DNA of 64,000 nucleotides from Candidatus Latescibacterota bacterium (GTDB lineage: Bacteria; Latescibacterota; UBA2968). The stretch is taken from NCBI GenBank assembly GCA_965208125.1, contig OZ242320.1:4352001-4416000 (forward strand), written 5' to 3'. Below the pieces are notes generated by a model that was given only the letters and a program-made list of their open reading frames with translations, ran no database searches and was not told the origin of the DNA. Shown here piece by piece: positions 8,857 to 17,101 of this stretch; positions within the stretch are counted from its first letter, which is position 1; every line of letters starts with the position of its first letter. A program made the translations under genes and the position numbers.

Positions 8857-9576
8857 TCATGACTTACTCGATTTGTCCCTCTGCGCCAACATCTGTTGTC
8901 TAACTTTTCTCTTTAAGTTCTTCTTTCTCTCCCGCTCTTCCTTTTTTTTCTGCCGTTCCTCTCTTTTTGTTTTGCGATGCTGTTGGCTTTTTTTAACCTT
9001 CTGAATCCATTCTACTCTATTGGCTAAGATTTCAGGGCTACTCTTTTCGCCATATGAAAGCTTGTTTAGAAAATCTATAATTTCATGCTGTCTTCCTCCA
9101 ATTAAATCTGTGGCTCCAGGCCGAGTCAGTCCTCCCTCAAGTTCCCAATGATACCTATGAATCAAGGTGTCTATGAGGACCATCTTCTCTTTTGGAGATC
9201 TCGCAGTCTGGTATTTTTGGAGGAACTCTTGGAGAAAGACCGTGAGACCAGAGGCAGCAAGATGCTTACCTTGTTTGGCTTTATGATACTCGCCCCAGGT
9301 GAGTTCCCAGTTGCACGATTCGCATCTCAGAATCGTATCCTTCATACCGTCGTGGTCTATCTGGCGATCACATAATGGACATCTTGCTCGTCCAGTACTG
9401 GCTTCTCGTGCTTTGAAAATGCTTTCGATACGAGCGAAGAGTCCAATCCCCACGTCTTCAATAAGCTCTTCGTCTACTATGCCCTGTGCATCAGTTGCAT
9501 AAAGGCGGGCTATTTTTTCTCTTGGAACTCGACTTGCCCAAGTTGGCCTGTCGTGTCTTGGTTTCGGGTTGCTCAT
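8857..9576 (-). CDS. Hypothetical protein with zinc ribbon and basic C-terminal tail
   Basis: CPLC...CESC; K/R-rich tail. Confidence 0.65.
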   Translation of the reverse strand: MSNPKPRHDRPTWASRVPREKIARLYATDAQGIVDEELIEDVGIGLFARIESIFKAREASTGRARCPLCDRQIDHDGMKDTILRCESCNWELTWGEYHKAKQGKHLAASGLTVFLQEFLQKYQTARSPKEKMVLIDTLIHRYHWELEGGLTRPGATDLIGGRQHEIIDFLNKLSYGEKSSPEILANRVEWIQKVKKSQQHRKTKREERQKKKEERERKKNLKRKVRQQMLAQRDKSSKS

Positions 9577-9717
9577 GTATTCCTTAGAGATTTTTCAGGT
9601 TGGTCGATTTGGTGAAAACTCGAAGAATCAGAAAAGTTCGAGAATATGATGGGGAGTGGGTTCTGTTTTTGTTTTTGCACGCTAAAGGGTTTTTCTGGGT
9701 GGTGTTGGGGCGATTGC

Positions 9718-9857
9718 CCATAACGTCTCGCCGGTTGCCGATGTGGCCGTGATCAGTTAAACAAATCGCTGCTTTTACAATCAGGAAACACAAAGCTTCA
9801 CGAGCCATTTGGGTCGGAGCAACCGCAGGGAGCGGAGCCTGCAACTTGATGTTAACT
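9718..9857 (-). repeat. attC-like site (140 bp)
   Basis: AGTTAAC...CCGGCGAGAC-GTTATGG (minus); left end GTTAACTGC (+) matches the start of its own cassette at 12226. Confidence 0.8.
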
Positions 9858-9906
9858 GCTGTGGCGGTGCCGGGCTGCATTTGCCAGGACAGCAAATGCG
9901 GCTTCG

Positions 9907-12210
9907 TCAGGAACATCCGAGGTGTTCATCAAACCAAGCGACAATGCGGTTCCAGTAGTCCACTTGATTGGAGTATTCCCACTCACTTGGGGCATGTCTT
10001 TCGCCTTCGTACTTTGCATACACCACCTCTTTTCCAAGACGACGAAGGCCAACAAATATCTCATCGGCCAGAAACGAAGGTACCGCATAATCGACAGCTC
10101 CGTGGATAATAAAAAGTGGCGTTTGTACCCTATCGAGGTAGAATACGGGTGAATTCTCGATATACCGATCCCGAAATTGCCAGGGGGTGCCGCCCATTCT
10201 ACCTTGGCCTTCCTCTGCCCACGGGAGTCCATAAGTTGATCCATCTTTTCTCATTGCCCCATACGCGCCCAGTAAATTACCTTGCGCTGCACTGGCAACG
10301 GCTGCCTTAAAGAGTGTTGACTGAACAATCAACCCCAGTACGCAATATCCGCCATAGCTGTGACCCATTATCCCAAGACGATCAGGATCGGCAATCCCCA
10401 TCTCAACTGCTTTGTTTACACCCGGAAGCACGGTCTTGGCAAGGTCTTGCATCGGGGTTCCCACTTGAAGGGGCGCATCAGGAGAGAGAACTGCGTATCC
10501 TCGTGTGGCGAGCAGCTGTAGGTTATCAACTCCAGAGCCTTCTAGGCCGAACGTATTTAGGTTGTTCGACCCCCACCTGCCACCATACACGCGAACTACA
10601 AGTGGATACCGTCTTCCTGATTCATAGTTGGGCGGAAGCAACAACGCACCCCGTAGCCTCTGGCCATCGGCACTTCTCCATTCGATGAGACGACTCGCTC
10701 CCATGCTAGTCGCGTCAAGCAACGGATTAAGGCAAGTTAATCGTCTTGGATTCTGGAAATCAACGTCTGAGATCCAGATATCCTCGCTATGCTGAGCACC
10801 CTGTTTTATGTAAGCCACACGCTGCTCATCGTCAGAAATATCGATGGTATAGATGGTAGGGCGACCGCAATCCGCATCCTCTTCAAAAAGTCGTGTTAAC
10901 TGTCCCGTAGTCAGGTCAACTTTGTAGAATCCAATGTGTCTGGTTTCATCATCCCGTGTAATCAGAAACAGTGATTGACCTCCATCTGGCGACCAGAAGC
11001 GTCCCCCTTCCGCAGGAGAAACCACTTCCATTATTTCTCCACCTGAAATACGTGTAATATGCGTCGCCGTTGCATCAGGTACAGAGATGCGCCATAAAGC
11101 ATCAGAAACGAGGCAATAGAGGTTTTGTCCCTTGGAGTCCCATAAGGGAGCACGATAAACATGGTAAAAATTGGGATGTGGTTCCTTAGTCAAGTTTCGT
11201 GGCTCACCTCCGCTGGCAGACACAACGAAACAATCTCCGTCTGATATATAACTGAGTAGCTGCCCATCGGGAGACCAGCTGACGGAAATTGCGCGCTTTT
11301 GTTGAATATCTGTTGCAAAGACTTGAGAGCGAGTATCAGACAGAGAGACAACGATGAGTTTATTCTCCAAGATTGTAAATGCAATGTTCATACCATCTGG
11401 AGATATCCAGTAGCCGAGGACTTTCATTCGGTGTACGATACGTTGCACCTCTCCATTGGAAACATCGATCAAGGCAAGATCAGAAAGGTAAATATTCGTG
11501 ACCTCAATTTCTTGCATGTTGTCCTGCTGTTGTCCCACGTCATCTCCCTGCTTTGTGGCTTCGGGTGAGCGGTAGACAGCGACTGAGGGCTGATCTGCTT
11601 CTTTTTGATCATCCTTCGGCAATGGAGGACCCATAAAAAGACTGCAAGCTTCTTCAAGCGTCATCCTCTGCGGCAGGATTTTGCAGAGAATTTTCTGACT
11701 ATCCGGTGTCCAACGGACAATTTCGGAACCGTAATAAGGACGTACAATAGCGTCAGATACTTGCCTCAATGTATCGGATGACTTTTCCCACACCCAAAGC
11801 TGTGCTTGGCCATTCTGATCTGAATAAAAGGCAAGATAGTTTCCATTGGGGGACCATACCGGGCCCCAGCCATTACCTTTGCCTTCTGTCAAGCACCTTG
11901 ACTCACCAGATATAGAATTGGTGACCCAGACCTCACAACCAATCCTCAATCTTGGCATGCCTGAGCGACTAAAAAAGCTATATCTTTCATCGCCTGTTTT
12001 CTCCTTTTTTCGAGGGTTTTGGACTGTGTAGGCAACCCACTCGCCATCTGGAGAAAGGTCGATAGGTGTTTGTGGAGAAAAAGAGAGCGACGAAAGTACA
12101 TCTTCAGTTTCTATGTGCATCCATTTCTCCTTACAATAACTGATAGCCTCCACAACAGAGGTTTCTCTTTTGAGGAGGCGCCTTCCTGGCGCCTCCTGGT
12201 TTTCCGGCAC
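9907..12210 (-). CDS. S9 family prolyl oligopeptidase / dipeptidyl peptidase
   Basis: WSPDG beta-propeller repeats; GHSYGG nucleophile, HGAVD and GERH motifs. Confidence 0.9.
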   Translation of the reverse strand: MPENQEAPGRRLLKRETSVVEAISYCKEKWMHIETEDVLSSLSFSPQTPIDLSPDGEWVAYTVQNPRKKEKTGDERYSFFSRSGMPRLRIGCEVWVTNSISGESRCLTEGKGNGWGPVWSPNGNYLAFYSDQNGQAQLWVWEKSSDTLRQVSDAIVRPYYGSEIVRWTPDSQKILCKILPQRMTLEEACSLFMGPPLPKDDQKEADQPSVAVYRSPEATKQGDDVGQQQDNMQEIEVTNIYLSDLALIDVSNGEVQRIVHRMKVLGYWISPDGMNIAFTILENKLIVVSLSDTRSQVFATDIQQKRAISVSWSPDGQLLSYISDGDCFVVSASGGEPRNLTKEPHPNFYHVYRAPLWDSKGQNLYCLVSDALWRISVPDATATHITRISGGEIMEVVSPAEGGRFWSPDGGQSLFLITRDDETRHIGFYKVDLTTGQLTRLFEEDADCGRPTIYTIDISDDEQRVAYIKQGAQHSEDIWISDVDFQNPRRLTCLNPLLDATSMGASRLIEWRSADGQRLRGALLLPPNYESGRRYPLVVRVYGGRWGSNNLNTFGLEGSGVDNLQLLATRGYAVLSPDAPLQVGTPMQDLAKTVLPGVNKAVEMGIADPDRLGIMGHSYGGYCVLGLIVQSTLFKAAVASAAQGNLLGAYGAMRKDGSTYGLPWAEEGQGRMGGTPWQFRDRYIENSPVFYLDRVQTPLFIIHGAVDYAVPSFLADEIFVGLRRLGKEVVYAKYEGERHAPSEWEYSNQVDYWNRIVAWFDEHLGCS

Positions 12211-12219
12211 CGTTATTGC

Positions 12220-12310
12220 AGTTAACGTTTCGCCGGTTTGCGAACCCGCGCAGCGGGTTGCCGAAGGCCAAGGCGCGAACTGCGCCGCAGCGCAAACCGT
12301 GCTGTTAGAG
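12220..12310 (-). repeat. attC-like site (91 bp)
   Basis: CTCTAAC-AGCA-CGGTTTGCG...CGCAAACCG-GCGAAAC-GTTAACT with two internal hairpins. Confidence 0.9.
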
Positions 12311-12351
12311 GACGTTGTGCCTTCCCTGACACCCGACTGACACCGAGATGC

Positions 12352-13173
12352 TCAGGGAATGAAGCACTCATCTCTCCCCCTATGGACAAAGATCGAGTTC
12401 TCGCCATGCTCGCCGAGTTGAAATATGCACTCGAATCCGTAGGATTGCAGCTCCGCTACAAGCCTCTTCCGATCCCGATAACACCTCTTGGGAATGTAGG
12501 CCTTGCCGTTAACGAGGAGCGTGTCACTGCAGGCTTCTACCTGCTCCAGCGCGGAAGGCGCCTTTTCCAGCGGCTCGTAGTAGTAGTCCGTTGACGGATC
12601 GTAAAGGCAATCGCCGTCATAGATATCATAAGTTTGGCCGGTGGAGCGATCCACGATTTTCCTATCTGGGCTATGTCGTCTGGACTCATAAAGCGAAGAA
12701 CTTACGAGGTAGTAGCCCTTGGGCTTCAGCCTAGCCTTGACGCTCTCGAAGACTGATTTGCGCTCTTCGGAGAAGACGATGTGGTTGATGCAGTAACTAT
12801 CAATTATCAAGTCAAACCGGCGCCCACTGTGTGGAATCGCCGTCACATCCACCACCTCATAAGTAATAGCCAAGCCTCGGACGGAAGCTATCTCCTTGGC
12901 CGTCCGGATCGCCTCCGGTATCACGTCATAACCCGTGACTTGGTAGCCCCGTTCTGCAAGAAACAGGGCGACCGGCCCCACGCCCGTCCCAAGTTCGAGC
13001 ACTACTGGATTCGGCGTCTTGAACCGGAGCTTTGGCAAGGCCATATCGAGGAATTCCCGAGACGAGAAATCGTGGAAATCGATGCCACCATACGTCTGCG
13101 TTGCCCAATCTTTCAGACCCATCTGGGTCATGGTCTCGTAACGCCGGGCATTTTCACGGAAATAGTATCTCAT
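12352..13173 (-). CDS. Class I SAM-dependent methyltransferase
   Basis: VLELGTGVG, FDLIID, LKPKG motifs. Confidence 0.85.
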   Translation of the reverse strand: MRYYFRENARRYETMTQMGLKDWATQTYGGIDFHDFSSREFLDMALPKLRFKTPNPVVLELGTGVGPVALFLAERGYQVTGYDVIPEAIRTAKEIASVRGLAITYEVVDVTAIPHSGRRFDLIIDSYCINHIVFSEERKSVFESVKARLKPKGYYLVSSSLYESRRHSPDRKIVDRSTGQTYDIYDGDCLYDPSTDYYYEPLEKAPSALEQVEACSDTLLVNGKAYIPKRCYRDRKRLVAELQSYGFECIFQLGEHGENSIFVHRGRDECFIP

Positions 13174-13188
13174 TCACAATGTCCTCTA

Positions 13189-14125
13189 GGTAGTGTCTGA
13201 AAAGTCGTAAAGTATGTATTTTAGTTGCAGCATACGCCCAAGACAAAGGAGTATGATATGCAACGGAGATACGAACTGAGCGACGACGAATGGCATCTGA
13301 TCCAAGACTTGTTTCCACCGCCGAAGAAGATGGGTCGTCCCCGTCGAGATGATCGTACATTATTCAACGGGGTCTTCTGGATATTGTGTTCAGGTGCAGC
13401 TTGGCGCGACCTACCAGAACGATATGGTCCTTGGCAGACAGCCTTTGATCGATTCTGCAAATGGAAACAGGATGGCACTTTTGATCGCATTGTAGAAAAA
13501 TTGCATCTCAAATTGGATGAAGATGGCCTTTTAGATTATGCGACCTGGATGATGGATGCAACCCATATTCGAGCCACACAAGCCGCAGCAGGGGCGAAAA
13601 AAAAAGGGTAAAGAGGGTGAAGAAGAGCCCCCAGACCACGCTTTAGGACGCTCTCGTGGCGGTTTGACCACGAAAATCCATCTTCTTTGCGATGCAGTCG
13701 GGCATCCTTTAGCAGTGGACCTGCTCCCTGGCAACCAGTCAGAATCCACACAGGCTGAAAGGCTGTTATCAAAGGTACGCATACCCACCAAACAAGGACG
13801 TCCAAGAAACCGACCTCAGTATCTGGTGGCTGATAAATCTTATGATGTCTCACGCATCAGAGTCTATCTACGCAAACGGGGTATCAAGGCTGCTATCCCA
13901 AACAAGGCGATTCCTAAAGGCAGAAAACGGCGTAAGAGAGGACCAAGGCCAAAGTGTGATAAAAGATTATATGCCAAACGCAATATCGTAGAGCGTCTCT
14001 TTGGTTGGCTCAAACACTGCCGACGGATTGTGACTCGGTTTGAAAAAAAGGCGACTCATTTTCTCACTATGGTCAAGCTGGCCTGCATCAGACAACTCTT
14101 CAAAGCTTACTTTTCAGACACTACC
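13189..14125 (+). mobile_element. IS5-family (IS427-like) insertion sequence, 937 bp
   Basis: 17-bp TIR GGTAGTGTCTGAAAAGT / ACTTTTCAGACACTACC; TA duplication at 13187-13188 and 14126-14127. Confidence 0.92.
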
Positions 14126-14128
14126 TAA
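13258..14128 (+). CDS. IS5-family transposase in two frames, split at an A9 run (13597-13605)
   Basis: OrfA WRDLPERYGPW and MDAT; OrfB LGRSRGGLTTKIH, ADKSYD, RNIVERLF. Confidence 0.9.
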
Positions 14129-14220
14129 CGTTTCGCCGGTTTGCGAACCCCGAGCTTGTCGAGGGGTTGCCGAAGGCCAAGGCGCGACCAGCGCCGCAGC
14201 GCAACACCGTGCTGTTAGAC
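14123..14220 (-). repeat. attC-like site with right core rebuilt by the IS end
   Basis: Nearly identical to 12220-12310; GTCTAAC...GGCGAAAC-GTTAGGT. Confidence 0.9.
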
Positions 14221-15105
14221 GACGTGCCCTGCCATTCTCTCGAGTGAGTTCCGGGCTATCCGTTCTATCTCCTCCCCTGGTAACAAAGCAATGTCTTCGA
14301 AATCCACCACCTTTTCTAATGAGCGGATTACTTCCCGTCCAAGGAAGTGGCCACATCCACTGCGCCCCTTTATGCTGAACCAAGAGCCGAAGAATGAATT
14401 CACTGGCTGATCCCCATCTACCAGTTTCAGAAATTCGGTAGCAAGCCAGGCTTTGTTTGACGTGCACCAGGCGAGCCAATTCTCCTCGCCATATTGTTCA
14501 TGCCATGAATCGTCACCAAATACAATTTGCTCGCTACGGACCGCAAATCCCTCGCGATAAAGCTGCCAAAAAGGCCCCTTACCAGACGGTAAACCGCTTC
14601 GTTTGCGGCGCTGTATGTGGAGAAGATGGCCCAACTCGTGGGCAGTGAGGCCGGTCAGCGCCTTCTCTGTAGTGTAGCCACATTCAGCAATGTTCTCTAA
14701 TCCGAAGAGGCAAGCAGACCTCCCTCCAAGGCTAGTGGCCCATCCCGCGCCGCAACCAATTCCCACATAGATCATGAAGAGAACGTCAAAATCCAGATCA
14801 AGAGACTCCTGTGCCCTGCGGTATACTTTATCTATACAGGTTAACAATACAGCTCTCGCCTTTCCCATGGACGGCAACCGCTCCTGCAGATATGGGAAAA
14901 CTTTATCTTTTCCAATCGCGCGCCACCCCCCTTCCTGGCCAATGTAATCCTTTTGCTGTTTTTCGAGCAGTTCGGGCCACTGTGACATGTATTCAGTGGC
15001 CCAAAGCTCCAACTGCGTCTCAAGCGGTTTCACATGGACGGCCTCCCAAAAGGAGAGGAAAGCAGGAAACGTATCAACGATCTCGCACTGTGCCATCTTT
15101 AACAT
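14215..15105 (-). CDS. Putative zinc metallopeptidase (DUF2268-like)
   Basis: AHELGH HExxH motif followed by EGFA; its stop TAA lies inside the attC core. Confidence 0.65.
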   Translation of the reverse strand: MLKMAQCEIVDTFPAFLSFWEAVHVKPLETQLELWATEYMSQWPELLEKQQKDYIGQEGGWRAIGKDKVFPYLQERLPSMGKARAVLLTCIDKVYRRAQESLDLDFDVLFMIYVGIGCGAGWATSLGGRSACLFGLENIAECGYTTEKALTGLTAHELGHLLHIQRRKRSGLPSGKGPFWQLYREGFAVRSEQIVFGDDSWHEQYGEENWLAWCTSNKAWLATEFLKLVDGDQPVNSFFGSWFSIKGRSGCGHFLGREVIRSLEKVVDFEDIALLPGEEIERIARNSLERMAGHVV

Positions 15106-15122
15106 CTTGACCTCGGCATGTC

Positions 15123-15206
15123 GTCTAACGTTTTCGCCGTGTCCGAACCGCGAAGCGGTTGCGCGAAGGCGCCTCAGCGCCGAAGCCGGGCACGGACGTG
15201 TTACGC
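15123..15206 (-). repeat. attC-like site (84 bp)
   Basis: GCGTAAC-ACGT-CCGTGCCCG...CGGACACGG-CGAAAAC-GTTAGAC. Confidence 0.9.
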
Positions 15207-15256
15207 GCTGTGCTGCTACTGGCCCTCACCAAGGCAGTTCCGTCAAGTCTCATACT

Positions 15257-15913
15257 TCACGAATACATCGACAGATCATCCCAGTCCGGCCATAGCGTCG
15301 GTCGAGTTAATTTCGGATCGGGATGCCAGTCTTCCCACTCGGCAGAGAACGGACCCAAGTTCTGCTCAATCTCCTCAACTGCCCGCTGGCCTTCTGCATA
15401 GATCGCCTCAGCATCTTCGGCACTCACTCTACCGTCCTGCATACACAGCTCGAGTTCGTCCTCGTTTTTCCACCTCCACTCTCGGTTTGGCTCGACGAGA
15501 ATATCAAGCTGATGGTCCCTCAAGTCGAAACCCAACCGTGTACGCGTCAGCTCGCTCTGCATGTTTACGTACCACCCTAAGAACTCACGCTCTCTTGACC
15601 ATCTGACCCACGTCGCCCGTTGCTGATGGGGGTTGACGACGATCAATAGCTCAGCCCATTGCCAAGTCGAATCCTGAAGCGCCCAGTTGTTCTTGGTCCA
15701 CCGACGTGGCGTCCCAGGCGTGTGGTTTATTAGCTCCGCCTTCTTTGAAGGTGTATTCAGTGGGAGCCAAAGGACGATCTGGATATCAGAATCTTCGACT
15801 ACGGTGACAGGCTTCACATCGATGATTTGCCCATGTTCATCAGTCTCTCGATAAAGAATGGATTCACCGCGGCTAAATATGTTGGCTCCTTGGTACATTT
15901 GGGACTTCCTCAC
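15257..15913 (-). CDS. DUF402 domain protein (first cassette)
   Basis: FLGWYVNMQ, DHQLDILV, WRWKNEDEL motifs. Confidence 0.85.
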   Translation of the reverse strand: MRKSQMYQGANIFSRGESILYRETDEHGQIIDVKPVTVVEDSDIQIVLWLPLNTPSKKAELINHTPGTPRRWTKNNWALQDSTWQWAELLIVVNPHQQRATWVRWSREREFLGWYVNMQSELTRTRLGFDLRDHQLDILVEPNREWRWKNEDELELCMQDGRVSAEDAEAIYAEGQRAVEEIEQNLGPFSAEWEDWHPDPKLTRPTLWPDWDDLSMYS

Positions 15914-15965
15914 ACGGTACAGCCAGAAGATCCTATCAGCCTCGAAGTACCCGCAATGGCATGGC

Positions 15966-16075
15966 GCGTAACTACGGGATTAACGAACAGTTACGGTAAT
16001 ACATACCAAATCTATCTATCTCCGCACGTGCGGGAATTCTTCCCTTCAAAGGTTGTATCCCGAACATGTTCGGGA
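15966..16075 (-). other. attI-like recombination site overlapping the recombinase 3' end
   Basis: GTTACGC core where cassette 1 begins (complement at 15200); not an attC palindrome; conserved second copy at 4611. Confidence 0.75.
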
Positions 16076-16842
16076 ATGCTTCCTATGGAGGCATCATTTC
16101 TATTCAGAACCCGCCTCCTTTCCTCCATCAACGCATCCAACGGACTCTGGATCTTTGCGATATCCCGATTTGTCACCCGCGTATAAATCTGGGTGGTCTT
16201 TGGACTTTTATGCCCGAGCAGTTCCTGGATATACCGAAGATCTGTTCCGTGTTCAAGCAGGTGGGTAGCAAAAGAATGCCGTAACGTGTGTACCGACACA
16301 CGCTTGTTAATCTTGGCTTTTTTATAAGCGCGGTCAAAAATTTTTTGAACCGACCGTTCAGTTAAATGCAGTCCCGGTTTGGCACCCGGAAATAGCCATG
16401 TTTGGGGTTGATATTGGCACTTGTAATCTTGCACCGCCTTCTGGGCAAATTTGGAGAGCATCGTGTACCGATCCTTCCGGCGCTTGCCTTGACGGATATG
16501 AATCAATTTTCGATCCAGGTCGATATCCTCGACCTTCAGCCGGACCACCTCACCCAGACGAAGACCTCCGGAATACGTCAGCAGCATAATCGTCTGGTGT
16601 TTCAGGTTCTTTACTGCATTGAGGAGTCGAAGTACTTCTGCCTGGCTCAACACAGTGGGCAATTTATGCTCTTTTTGAGAACGGGGCAGATTTTCAAGAG
16701 GATATTGATATTTTAACACTCGTTGGAATAGGAATTTCAGGGCACTTACACACTGATTGACGTAACTGTGAGAAGCTCCCTTTTCAAGCAGATGATACAC
16801 ATAAGCTTTATATTTTGGCGATTTTAGATGTTGATATTCCAT
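16012..16842 (-). CDS. Tyrosine recombinase, IntI-like but lacking the IntI insertion
   Basis: KLPTVLS, GLRLGE, GKRRKDR, WLFP, HTLRHSFATHLLE, QELLGH, TTQIY, SPLD; AAGGAG RBS. Confidence 0.92.
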   Translation of the reverse strand: MEYQHLKSPKYKAYVYHLLEKGASHSYVNQCVSALKFLFQRVLKYQYPLENLPRSQKEHKLPTVLSQAEVLRLLNAVKNLKHQTIMLLTYSGGLRLGEVVRLKVEDIDLDRKLIHIRQGKRRKDRYTMLSKFAQKAVQDYKCQYQPQTWLFPGAKPGLHLTERSVQKIFDRAYKKAKINKRVSVHTLRHSFATHLLEHGTDLRYIQELLGHKSPKTTQIYTRVTNRDIAKIQSPLDALMEERRRVLNRNDASIGSIPEHVRDTTFEGKNSRTCGDR

Positions 16843-17101
16843 TGAGGTCTCCTTTCGGCTTTGCGTTCTAAAATTTGTTTGGCTTTGCTTACAAACAAAT
16901 CCTGTGCCGTAGAGACCGCCAATAAGGAACGTTTGACGAACCTTTTGTGAAACAGTGAGTTATGTACTTTCTGCTTCAGATGGGAAAATCTGCTTTATTA
17001 AACAGAATGTTCAGTTGGATGATTTGCTTGAAAACAGACCGTTCAACATTGTATGAAATTTACACAGACCAGATTTCAAAAACTGTCTGAAGTATTATAG
17101 G

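Larger units (their letters stand above)
1..16842 (-). mobile_element. Integron-like platform: co-oriented tyrosine recombinase, attI-like site and gene cassette array
   Basis: All genes except the IS are on the minus strand, with unrelated functions and mixed base composition; attC-like TAAC...GTTA palindromes lie between them; recombinase at the head of the array. Confidence 0.85.

Noticed and set aside
12220-15206. Repeated palindromes as a CRISPR array
   Set aside because: They are separated by whole genes, vary in length, and no cas genes are present; they fit attC sites
16012-16842. Recombinase as XerC/XerD or a prophage integrase
   Set aside because: LPTVLS and SPLD motifs and the adjacent cassette array favour an integron-like role; no phage genes or tRNA attachment site nearby
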